Source: a virus (taxonomy: Duplodnaviria; Caudoviricetes). Taken from it: DNA of 52,310 nt. The position numbers and the translations under genes are program-made. Below the pieces are notes generated by a model. That model had not been told where the DNA came from and searched no databases. It saw only the letters and a program-made list of their open reading frames with translations. Each line of letters starts with the position of its first letter. The stretch's first letter is position 1. Location of the stretch: IMG/VR virus record IMGVR_UViG_3300013113_000097, positions 1 through 52,310 of that record. The stretch is one strand, 5' to 3'. Shown here piece by piece: positions 44,640 through 52,310 of the stretch.

Positions 44640-44938
44640 TAGTCTTCTCCTAGATTTGGAAATATTTCGATATCCTCTAACAGTAACTGTGTACGGTTTT
44701 GAGGATTGTCTTTGTACAACAACGCTGGTAAGGTTTTAACTGTAATTGCATCAGATTTTAAAAAGTTATCTGCTGAATATATAAGTTCAAAACCTCCTTG
44801 TAATCTAACCATTTGAATACCAGGATGTCCTTTAGATGTAGAAATAACAGAAGTAGTAAAGAATTCGTGACTATCTTCTTTCATTTTATATAGAACCTTC
44901 ATACCAGGCTCTATTTCATCAAATTGTAAGAGTTCCAT
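44639..44938 (-). CDS. Hypothetical protein
   Basis: 99 aa, TAATG-coupled. Confidence 0.6.
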   Translation of the reverse strand: MELLQFDEIEPGMKVLYKMKEDSHEFFTTSVISTSKGHPGIQMVRLQGGFELIYSADNFLKSDAITVKTLPALLYKDNPQNRTQLLLEDIEIFPNLGED

Positions 44939-46317
44939 TATTTTACAAATACAAGTTTATCAAGTGCTCTTGTACAAGCAACATAATAAAGATTGTCTTC
45001 TTGTTGCCTTTCCCACTGTACATTTGTTTTTTGCTTAAAATAATCACAAGTATCAGCTTTTATAAAATAAACTGTGGGCGATTCAAGACCTTTAGATGCA
45101 TGAATAGTCATTAGTTTTCTACAACTAGCACTATCTGAGTGCATACCTAAATTTTTAACAAATTGAGCAATATCATTAGGACTAGTAGCTACATTAATAA
45201 TAGCTAATAGAGTGTCATATTTATTTTCTATGCTAGCAATGCTCCATTTAAGACCTTTTGCTCTAGTAATTTCTTTTTCATACTGATTAACAACATTTTC
45301 TCTCATGCCAGTAAGGCTCTGAGCTCCATTAAATACTCTATTTAGGTCTCTTTTAAGTTGATTAATAAAAGTACCGCCAATAGAGAAATGTTTGTTTTCT
45401 TGAATGAATTTGTAAGCAAGCTTAACTAAATTACTATTTGTTCTACTAATAATAAAACATTCATCTGGAAAATCTATTTCAGCGTTTCCATTGACTGAAT
45501 CAACTTGTCCTCCTGTTTTATTACTAGTAATAGCAGGTACTATGTGTTTAACAGTAGAAATGATTTCAGTAGGACATCTGAAACTTTCAGTTAATTCATA
45601 CTCAACAGGATTATAGTGTTCTCTAATCTTGTCCATAGCATATGGATCACTGCCTCTGAAACCATAAATAGCTTGATTAGTGTCACCTACAAACACAATG
45701 CGTTTAGTAGGAATACACGTTAAAAATGCTATTTGTTGTGGATTTAGATCCTGGCACTCATCAATAAGAACAATTTCATATTCTTCTGATTTCCAGCCAT
45801 TATCAATAGGGTATTGAAGCATGTCATTACCACTAATAACAGTAGTATTTTCTTGACCTCGTGCTAATATCTCTTTTGCTTCATCAATATAATTGTGACT
45901 AATTTTAAATCTAGCACAAGTTTCTTTCCAAGAATCTCTAGAAATATTACCATTCATATCCATATGTTTACTAACTAATGAGCTAGAACTAGGATGTGCA
46001 AAGCCAAATTTACCATATTTGTTAAAATCAACTTTTGCATAAGGGTAATGTTTTTTGACCATTGCTAAACCAAAAGCATTAAATGTTTTGCATTGCCAAC
46101 CTAAAGGTAATTTAGGCACTACATCTTTAACAATAGCTTTGTTAAAAGCTAGATAAATGCCTTTTTTGTATCTTGTAGCTAGATGCATAAGCGTAGCAGT
46201 CTTACCACTACCAGCTACAGCATTTACTATCACTGTAGGTTCGTTACTATCTACAACAGCCTGTTGTTGAACAGTTAAATTATGTTGCTGATTTCCTGAA
46301 AGAGTGAATTTTTTCAT
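44938..46317 (-). CDS. Superfamily 1 (UvrD/Rep-like) DNA helicase
   Basis: AVAGSGKT, IDECQD, VGD.NQAIYGFRG, L.ESFRC, TIH.SKGLE and YVA.TRA motifs. Confidence 0.93.
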   Translation of the reverse strand: MKKFTLSGNQQHNLTVQQQAVVDSNEPTVIVNAVAGSGKTATLMHLATRYKKGIYLAFNKAIVKDVVPKLPLGWQCKTFNAFGLAMVKKHYPYAKVDFNKYGKFGFAHPSSSSLVSKHMDMNGNISRDSWKETCARFKISHNYIDEAKEILARGQENTTVISGNDMLQYPIDNGWKSEEYEIVLIDECQDLNPQQIAFLTCIPTKRIVFVGDTNQAIYGFRGSDPYAMDKIREHYNPVEYELTESFRCPTEIISTVKHIVPAITSNKTGGQVDSVNGNAEIDFPDECFIISRTNSNLVKLAYKFIQENKHFSIGGTFINQLKRDLNRVFNGAQSLTGMRENVVNQYEKEITRAKGLKWSIASIENKYDTLLAIINVATSPNDIAQFVKNLGMHSDSASCRKLMTIHASKGLESPTVYFIKADTCDYFKQKTNVQWERQQEDNLYYVACTRALDKLVFVK

Positions 46318-46508
46318 TGTTTGTTCTCAATTAAATTTTCTGTACGATATACATTTATCTGTTGTCTAACCTGGCAAACACTAGCATCTTGAAAGTAAGC
46401 TAGAGGTACTGCAAATACTTCTACAGCCATCTTATCAAGTGAGCATGTACCTTTATGATTATTAAGGCAACCTTTGAGCTCACAAGTATCAATTTTAAAA
46501 AATTGCAT
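46314..46508 (-). CDS. Small Cys-containing hypothetical protein
   Basis: C....C.....G.C pattern, G-rich RBS, ATGA overlap with the helicase. Confidence 0.6.
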   Translation of the reverse strand: MQFFKIDTCELKGCLNNHKGTCSLDKMAVEVFAVPLAYFQDASVCQVRQQINVYRTENLIENKQ

Positions 46509-46590
46509 AGTCCCCCCTAGGGTTTAGATAAATTTAGTAAAAAGTATATCAAATCAATAGTACAGAGTTAAGTTTGATATATTTGAAACA

Positions 46591-46605
46591 CCGTTCGGAG
46601 AACGG
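46591..46605 (-). promoter_or_regulatory. N4-type hairpin promoter candidate upstream of the replication operon
   Basis: Template (+) strand CCGTTC-GGA-GAACGG, just downstream of the RNAP terminator. Confidence 0.55.
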
Positions 46606-46616
46606 GTACGGACTAA

Positions 46617-46659
46617 GAAAAAAATGACAGACTCATCTCGCAATTGAGACAAGTCTGTC
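46617..46659 (-). terminator. Rho-independent terminator after the RNAP gene
   Basis: GACAGACT..CTC/GAG..AGTCTGTC stem; a U7 run follows on the minus strand. Confidence 0.75.
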
Positions 46660-46680
46660 GAACTAACTAAATATGATTCA

Positions 46681-48462
46681 TTATGACAGCATATATTCGC
46701 TATTTAGAATCTCTTTAGCTAAATTAGTAGAATGTTTTGTAACAGGTACATAATTACCACTAATTTCACTAAGTATGTCAGATAACAGATCACTATTAGC
46801 AATCTCTGCTAGTATTTCTCTGTATGTTTGACACACTATTTGTAGATAATCTGGACTAAATACGAAACAATCATGGATATGGACAAGTTGGATTTTGAGA
46901 GCATGGCATCGTCTAACCATTTCTCTAGCTACATAGCCATCAACACTATGTACTATATTAGCAACTAAACTTCTATAGTTCTCAGAAGGTTGTTGCTTGT
47001 TATATCTATATGTGAATGTACGATGATTAAGCTCATCAACTTCAATACGGATATTGGTCATTTCAGTAACTGGTACTTTAGCTACATGACCATCTGGTAA
47101 TGTCCACATATGCACATCAGAGTCAAAATCCCAATATTCATTGATAGCCTCCATAACATCTAACGCACCTGGTAAAGTATCGTCTAATGACGCGTAAAAT
47201 GCCTCTAATTGAGGTTCTGTGAATGTTTCTTTGGGATTAGCTTCTGAGTTATAGAATGTAGTCATAACAGGTTTCTTGACATCGCTACGTGTTACTTGGT
47301 CTATAGGTTTTAGTAGCTTATTCATTTTGTCTGTAACAGATTGATAGATATCTTCTCTATTACCTGTATTAACCATATTACAGGCTTTAGCAGTCACTTT
47401 ACAACCTGATAATGCAGACATAACTTGTAAACCTGATGCAGTTGCGTCAATACTCATAACATAACCAGTAGGAATACCTTTCTTACTGTCTAAGTATGCT
47501 TGTATTGCTTTAGAACCTAGTATTGGTTCGTCAAATGTATCAATATCAAAGTTTAGTTGTTGATTAAACCAATTGATACGCTCTGACCAAGTTAGTTTGT
47601 CTTGTCCAGCATGACCAGCAATAGCAATTTTAAGGTTATCCAGGTTGTTAACTACTTTCTTATTGAATAACGATAGTAATGCTTTGCCATACTCGTTAGA
47701 TTGCACATTTAGGTCATAACCTGATGAGTATGATCTACCTCGTTTGTCATAACGCCATACGAAATAGAATGGTTTACCAAAGTAATCACGAACTACACGC
47801 TCGAATTGCTCACTATCCATAGCTTCATTAGTATTAACGAAGTTAGTATAGGTTGGTATGTCTATTGTCCAAGCAACTGATTGTAATAGATTGAGTGCAT
47901 CATAAGCTTGAGGCTTGTTGTGATGAGTGCCTTTGCCTAGAATAATAGATTTACGCTCCCATAACCATCCACCGTCTGTATTGGATATCCAATCATTAGG
48001 TTTCTGTAGCATTGGTGGCAAGTATTGTAATACATTTAGTTTATCAACAGTGTCACGTGTCAATTGATATTTCGGTACTATCTCAGTACTATCGTCATTT
48101 AACTTAATATCATATAATTTACCATGACATATAGATAGTATTTCAGCACCTGTTTTAACTGCATTGATTTGATTACGATAACCTAGCGTCATACCTAATT
48201 CAGTAGCTATACCTTGAATAGGTTTTGGTCTAGGTGATGATAGTACTATAGCTAATATACTATTTACTATCTCAGCAGTTTCAGGTAGGTTGTTGACACG
48301 GTCTTGTTTAGACTGATAATAAGTATTTGATCTATACTTATGTATTGCTAAACTAAGTGCTTGAGTAATTTTTGTCGGTATTTCATCTAATACATCATGT
48401 AGTATTAGGTTGTTACGCATTCTCTTTGAGTATTCCAACTCGTTGTGTAATTGAATATTCAT
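46681..48462 (-). CDS. T7-like RNA polymerase: single-chain equivalent of N4 RNAPII (gp15+gp16)
   Basis: One ORF holds YDKRGRSY, motif A IDATASGLQ, motif B R..VKKPVMT.FY and motif C IHDCF. GGAG RBS favours the start at 48462 (593 aa; the track gives 48498, 605 aa). Confidence 0.92.
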   Translation of the reverse strand: MNIQLHNELEYSKRMRNNLILHDVLDEIPTKITQALSLAIHKYRSNTYYQSKQDRVNNLPETAEIVNSILAIVLSSPRPKPIQGIATELGMTLGYRNQINAVKTGAEILSICHGKLYDIKLNDDSTEIVPKYQLTRDTVDKLNVLQYLPPMLQKPNDWISNTDGGWLWERKSIILGKGTHHNKPQAYDALNLLQSVAWTIDIPTYTNFVNTNEAMDSEQFERVVRDYFGKPFYFVWRYDKRGRSYSSGYDLNVQSNEYGKALLSLFNKKVVNNLDNLKIAIAGHAGQDKLTWSERINWFNQQLNFDIDTFDEPILGSKAIQAYLDSKKGIPTGYVMSIDATASGLQVMSALSGCKVTAKACNMVNTGNREDIYQSVTDKMNKLLKPIDQVTRSDVKKPVMTTFYNSEANPKETFTEPQLEAFYASLDDTLPGALDVMEAINEYWDFDSDVHMWTLPDGHVAKVPVTEMTNIRIEVDELNHRTFTYRYNKQQPSENYRSLVANIVHSVDGYVAREMVRRCHALKIQLVHIHDCFVFSPDYLQIVCQTYREILAEIANSDLLSDILSEISGNYVPVTKHSTNLAKEILNSEYMLS

Positions 48463-48784
48463 AGTGTCTCCGTTAATAAGTGAATAATACATAGACATAC
48501 TCCAACTAGTATCGGCATGCCTATGTATTAGTTTTGTTAGGGTTGGTTACCTAACTCTTCGGGTTTAGTTTCGGACACCGCAATATATGTTTACGGAACT
48601 AGCAGTAAGTGCTTCGCAATGGTATCCTATTTGAGGTTTAGCGTCTTAGATATCTATTAGACTACTTTCGATTACTATCTTGGTACTATCTACAGATATA
48701 AGCGTTATTGAAGTGACGCTTACACTTAGTACAGGTCATGCATTAACTCAATACTACATGACCTGCACATATGATTATAAACTA

Positions 48785-49192
48785 TTATAAGTCATCAATC
48801 ATACTGTCAGCTTCACTCGCTGTCATTGGTAGCGAAATGTCACTTAGCTTAACTTTACGCAAAGTAGCTTTTAGTGATTTAAGCTCTTGTTTAACTTCGG
48901 ATGCTTCTGACTCATCATCTAAGTCATTCTCCCAGTAGTTAATAAAGCCTGCATTACGCACAACTCCTTCCTTGTTACTAATAGCAAGTTTGAAGTTAAC
49001 ATGACCTTGATTATTTTCAGCAGTGACATCTACCTCTGCTTTAGTTATAATCTTTAGTACTTGTTTTGCATTTATGTGAGCAAATGTACTAGTTGGTCTG
49101 AACTCAACACTATCTGAGTCATTGATGGCTATATAGAACTTAGATACACCATTAGTTCTAGTCTTACGGTTTGTGGATTTAACGATACTCAT
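48785..49192 (-). CDS. Early protein, possible gp2-like ssDNA-binding activator
   Basis: 135 aa, early position before the RNAP gene, AGFIN motif, acidic C-terminal part; the functional assignment is weak. Confidence 0.5.
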   Translation of the reverse strand: MSIVKSTNRKTRTNGVSKFYIAINDSDSVEFRPTSTFAHINAKQVLKIITKAEVDVTAENNQGHVNFKLAISNKEGVVRNAGFINYWENDLDDESEASEVKQELKSLKATLRKVKLSDISLPMTASEADSMIDDL

Positions 49193-49342
49193 ATATTTCT
49201 CCTATATGGATTTGCTAGCATTAAAGGAATATCAGTCATACGCTAGCAATACGACTGACATGGATTGAAATACTTTCTACGAACTATCAAAGATGCCAAG
49301 TTTTAGACTCACAACTGATAAAGTCATGAGTCATAAATTTGA

Positions 49343-49453
49343 CTAGTGATATTTTCTAAACATGACAAACATAACAGCTAATGCAATTGCACTAACTGTT
49401 AGGAATGCCATAATTAGCATATCTTGAACCAGTATGATTGAATCATATGACAT
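49343..49453 (-). CDS. 36-aa single-TM early protein (not in the ORF track)
   Basis: AAGGAG RBS; MSYDSIILVQDMLIMAFLTVSAIALAVMFVMFRKYH*. Confidence 0.55.
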   Translation of the reverse strand: MSYDSIILVQDMLIMAFLTVSAIALAVMFVMFRKYH

Positions 49454-49725
49454 GATAGCTCCTTGGTTATAACTGCTATATCTTCACGCGTTGTGAGATT
49501 TGCGACCTACTTAGGTTTAGTTAGCAGTTCTTTCTATAATTACATTCCTAGCTCGACAGCGTTTAGGTGGTACTCGTGGCGAATGCCTCTTATAGAGTTA
49601 GTTAATAAGGTAGGGCTGTTTACTTGCACCCTAACAAGTCACTCATCATGAAGAAACTAATAGAAATAACATGAACGATACAGCAATGAAGGTTATGAAT
49701 ATTACCGCTTCATATATTTTGTACA

Positions 49726-49977
49726 TCATGCTTTCTTCTTAGGTCGACCAGCTTTCTTAAGAGCATGGGTCTTTCTGAACTCGTTTAAGTTATACTCTGT
49801 TTCTAATAGAGCAATCTCAACTGATTCGTCTAAAGCAGTATTAATAATTTTAAATGACTGCCTAGTCGTATGCTTAAGACCTTCATCACCAACTGTTAGA
49901 CTAACTAATTCAGCTGAATCTTGGACTGTCTGACCTAAAGCTCCGATGGTATTACCAATGACTTTAAATATTTGCAT
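49726..49977 (-). CDS. Early hypothetical protein
   Basis: AGGAG RBS; ends with an AT-hook-like KKAGRPKKK. Confidence 0.7.
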   Translation of the reverse strand: MQIFKVIGNTIGALGQTVQDSAELVSLTVGDEGLKHTTRQSFKIINTALDESVEIALLETEYNLNEFRKTHALKKAGRPKKKA

Positions 49978-50024
49978 TTTATTCTCCTGTGATTAAATTG
50001 ATAAATGATAAATCTCATATGAGA

Positions 50025-50042
50025 CCACAACTGCGACCGCAG
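50025..50042 (-). promoter_or_regulatory. Early hairpin promoter candidate
   Basis: Template CC-ACAA-CTGC-GACC-GCAG; N4-like layout of CC, four A-rich nt and a hairpin. Confidence 0.5.
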
Positions 50043-50090
50043 AGGATGACAGTGACTATCATGTGACTACTGTGTAATGTGTAAAAGTGT

Positions 50091-50132
50091 AAAAAATAAA
50101 CAAGGGAAACCCCGTTGTTTGGGGTTCCCTTG
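50091..50132 (-). terminator. Rho-independent terminator after the first early gene
   Basis: CAAGGGAA(A)CCCC/GGGGTTCCCTTG stem; a U-rich tract follows on the minus strand. Confidence 0.75.
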
Positions 50133-50146
50133 GTAACGATGGATCG

Positions 50147-50398
50147 TTAGACTTTAATGTCAAACTCTGAATCCTCGTCATCCTCAGCATCTGGATCATA
50201 CGCAGGTCTTTGTGACATCGTTACCTGGTTGGTCGCGATAAGATGCAAGATGTTATCTTCGATTTGGCGGTATTTCTTTGCATTCAATTCATCAAGTGCA
50301 TTAAAGTGACCAACCAGTTGATTACCTAAGAAAACTTCATTGACTTTTAGGCGTTCATTATTGCGTTCATAAGCTTTACGTTTCATATTATTCTCCAT
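50147..50398 (-). CDS. First early gene, small protein with an acidic tail
   Basis: 83 aa (GGAG RBS favours the internal MKRKA start); C-terminus DPDAEDDEDSEFDIKV. Confidence 0.7.
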   Translation of the reverse strand: MENNMKRKAYERNNERLKVNEVFLGNQLVGHFNALDELNAKKYRQIEDNILHLIATNQVTMSQRPAYDPDAEDDEDSEFDIKV

Positions 50399-50429
50399 TG
50401 ATTATAAAAGTTTTATTTGGTAACAAGTA

Positions 50430-50447
50430 CCACAATGACGCCAGTCA
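50430..50447 (-). promoter_or_regulatory. Early hairpin promoter candidate
   Basis: Template CC-ACAA-TGAC-GCCA-GTCA; same CCACAA leader as the site at 50025. Confidence 0.55.
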
Positions 50448-50454
50448 TCATAAG

Positions 50455-50546
50455 TTTGACTGCGATATAGTGAACGGACACACTGAATACGATAAAAAAT
50501 AAAGATAGTTAATGACAGTACATAGGGGGGGTATATCGCAGTCAAA
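50455..50546. repeat. Perfect 15-bp inverted repeat with a G7 run in the spacer
   Basis: TTTGACTGCGATATA (50455-50469) and TATATCGCAGTCAAA (50532-50546); G7 at 50525-50531. Confidence 0.85.
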
Positions 50547-50759
50547 GTCTGACAACCTAAGTTTACTTGACTCGTAGTAAATTATGTAATTTTTCTATAG
50601 GCAAAAATAGCACACTTAGTCCCTGGGATCTTTAACGCTATTCTATGCGACAAGCTGTAGTTGGCGGTAGCCAACGGAGGCTTGGAGCTATATAAAAAGA
50701 TATCTCTTAAGAAGGGAAGCGCTACAGACCCTATTCCAACAACACCGAGGTTGACCTGA

Positions 50760-50820
50760 GAGTTAACTTTTGTAGTTTAAAAGTTATCTGTGGAGTTAAC
50801 TTTTGTTAATTAGTTTACTT
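50760..50820. repeat. Operator/iteron-like repeats
   Basis: GAGTTAACTTTTGT at 50760 and 50793, an inverted variant AAAAGTTATCT between them, and AGTTTACTT at 50812. Confidence 0.7.
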
Positions 50821-50834
50821 GCTAGGGGATATTG

Positions 50835-50843
50835 TGTTATACT
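50835..50843 (+). promoter_or_regulatory. Extended -10 promoter candidate (TGtTATACT)
   Basis: Directly upstream of the first rightward gene. Confidence 0.55.
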
Positions 50844-50875
50844 TCCCCTGTTGAGTGTACTTTTCAGGGAGAACA

Positions 50876-51241
50876 ATGCAGACACCGTATACTGCAGGCT
50901 GGGCAAAGATACCTTTAGACAATCTGTTGATAGTTAACGAGCTAATCGGCTCGTCTTCTATCTTCAGTGTTTACTGTTGCATGTTTAGGAAGTTACCGTT
51001 GAACGGGGACAATATATGCAATATAACACAAGCAGAGATATGCGAGACGTTGGGCATTAAAAAGAGCTATGCGTCACGTTCTGTTAAAAGGTTAATCGAT
51101 TTAAAGGTCATAGCTAAACATTCAAGTAAACACTATATGCTGAATCCTCAGTATACAATCCGTAATAGTAACGATGACTATTTTAGTTTAATGAACAAGT
51201 TTGAGAAGTTGGTCAAGGAGGACGAACATGCAGACAGCTGA
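50876..51241 (+). CDS. RepL-like winged-HTH protein
   Basis: TQAEICETLGI.KS..SRSVK.L....VI......YMLNP motif; GGGAG RBS favours ATG at 50876. Confidence 0.7.
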   Translation: MQTPYTAGWAKIPLDNLLIVNELIGSSSIFSVYCCMFRKLPLNGDNICNITQAEICETLGIKKSYASRSVKRLIDLKVIAKHSSKHYMLNPQYTIRNSNDDYFSLMNKFEKLVKEDEHADS

Positions 51242-51551
51242 TAAACAACACTTTATTATTGTAGGCTACGAGCTGGGGGCGGGGTTGTCGGAGGGCAACC
51301 TGCACGAGACTGTAGATATAGTATGTGACTGTCTCCATCCAGATAACACTGTTGATGATGCAATTGAAGATAGAATGTCTAAAAAAGACATTAAAGAACT
51401 AATAGATCAACAATTTATAAAACGAAGAGATGATTGCTATATTGCCAACCCTTTGTTACTATACTGCGTTGATGACGATTATTTTTTAGATGAAAAGCGA
51501 TACGCTGCGCAAATTAAAGCGGCAAAGCTATATTACGGGATTGAGCGATAA
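51228..51551 (+). CDS. Second, degenerate RepL-like/wHTH protein
   Basis: IKELI..QFI......YIANP motif; AGGAGG RBS before MQTAD. Confidence 0.55.
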   Translation: MQTADKQHFIIVGYELGAGLSEGNLHETVDIVCDCLHPDNTVDDAIEDRMSKKDIKELIDQQFIKRRDDCYIANPLLLYCVDDDYFLDEKRYAAQIKAAKLYYGIER

Positions 51552-52291
51552 TGGATTTAGTTAAGAAAGATAATGGGGCAGTACTAACAAAAGAACAGCT
51601 ACAAGCTAGCATGCCTAAGAAGTTTCGTCACAATGTGACAGATGAGATGATAGATTTCATTAATAGTACAGAAGGCGATGAGTTTAGAGACATCTACAAA
51701 GAAAACCTGGTTGGGTTTGCTGATGTGATTGAAAGCGGGCGTTATAAGATGTTAGATTATGTTAACGCTGTTAAGTTTGTTAGTTATAAGTTAATCGGGG
51801 ACTCTAATACGATAGCTTACGCTAAAACGTTTCCTGACCGTTATCAGAGATTAGTAGATAAGAATACGCCTATGAAAACGATTGCATCGTTTTCTACGGC
51901 TTATAACAAGGGAGACCTTGTACATAAGATTTTAGAAAGGACTTTGGTGCCTGTTCATATTCTTAATATGGATATACATCAAGAGGCGATTAATACTCAG
52001 GCAGAGCTCATGCGCACTGCTAAAAGCGAGACCGTGCGTCAAAAGGCTGCCGAGTGCTTAATCACACAACTGAAAGCGCCAGAGGCTGCAAAGATAGAAG
52101 TTGACGTTAGTTATAGCAATTCATCTATCGATGAGCTCCGTGAGACTACTAGGGCGTTAGCGCAACAACAATTGAAGATGATACAAAGTGGTGCAGTAAC
52201 AGCAGAGCACGTTGCGCAGAGTGACATTATTGCTAGGAAACAGAATAGTGTCGAAACTGAATATGAGGAGATATCGAATGAAAATTCTTAA
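51551..52291 (+). CDS. N4 gp69-like conserved protein (normally adjacent to terminase)
   Basis: GRYK..DY.NAVK.VSYKL.G.....AY..TFP.RY, YNK..LV..I.E...VP..ILN and A.SE.VR..AA..L...LK.PE motifs. Confidence 0.85.
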   Translation: MDLVKKDNGAVLTKEQLQASMPKKFRHNVTDEMIDFINSTEGDEFRDIYKENLVGFADVIESGRYKMLDYVNAVKFVSYKLIGDSNTIAYAKTFPDRYQRLVDKNTPMKTIASFSTAYNKGDLVHKILERTLVPVHILNMDIHQEAINTQAELMRTAKSETVRQKAAECLITQLKAPEAAKIEVDVSYSNSSIDELRETTRALAQQQLKMIQSGAVTAEHVAQSDIIARKQNSVETEYEEISNENS

Positions 52292-52310
52292 TATAGTATT
52301 ACTAGCACTG
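52278..52310 (+). CDS. 5' start of the next gene, truncated by the window end
   Basis: GAGGAG RBS, then MKILNIVLLAL... (signal-peptide-like). Confidence 0.45.
   Translation, partial: MKILNIVLLAL

Noticed and set aside
49193-49300. Superficial similarity of the pseudoknot to SAM-II riboswitch sequence (CGUAUUGC.AGCG)
   Set aside because: The expected upstream P1 strand and conserved U-rich loop are not evident, and the downstream gene is not SAM-related.
49463-49651. 62-aa + strand ORF in the early region
   Set aside because: TTG start, no RBS, and opposite to all neighbouring genes.
1-52310. tRNA genes, CRISPR arrays, integrase, introns/inteins and stop-codon reassignment
   Set aside because: None was recognisable by eye. 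Core genes are uninterrupted, and TAA, TAG and TGA are all used as stops. A tRNAscan/Infernal run would be needed to exclude RNA genes fully.

Overview
This window is about 52 kb of an AT-rich N4-like phage (Schitoviridae) genome, probably most of it; no terminase large subunit is visible. The + strand (1-29977) carries late and structural genes: tail-fibre-associated genes, holin candidates, portal, gp58/gp57, major capsid, gp55-gp51 and a 3986-aa Cys-free virion RNA polymerase. The - strand (29970-50398) carries early and middle genes: SSB, RusA, thermonuclease, AAA ATPase, primase, exonuclease, family A DNA polymerase, MoxR/VWA pair, SF1 helicase and a T7-like RNA polymerase. A non-coding divergence region (likely the genome terminus) is followed by two RepL-like wHTH genes and a gp69-like gene. 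The most unusual element is a tightly coupled six-gene cassette (10132-13236) inserted between gp54 and gp53. Five of its products have signal peptides and paired cysteines and the sixth has a membrane anchor; they include a pilin-like and a PapD-chaperone-like protein but no usher, suggesting a phage-encoded host-envelope or pilus-like system. Other notable points are a single-chain version of the normally heterodimeric N4 RNAPII, SNase-like and duplicated zincin domains in the vRNAP, two classes of hairpin promoter candidates, a stand-alone anti-sigma-like mini-protein, an H-type pseudoknot leader and several highly structured intergenic regions. All family assignments are from motifs and synteny recognised by eye; no database searches were run.
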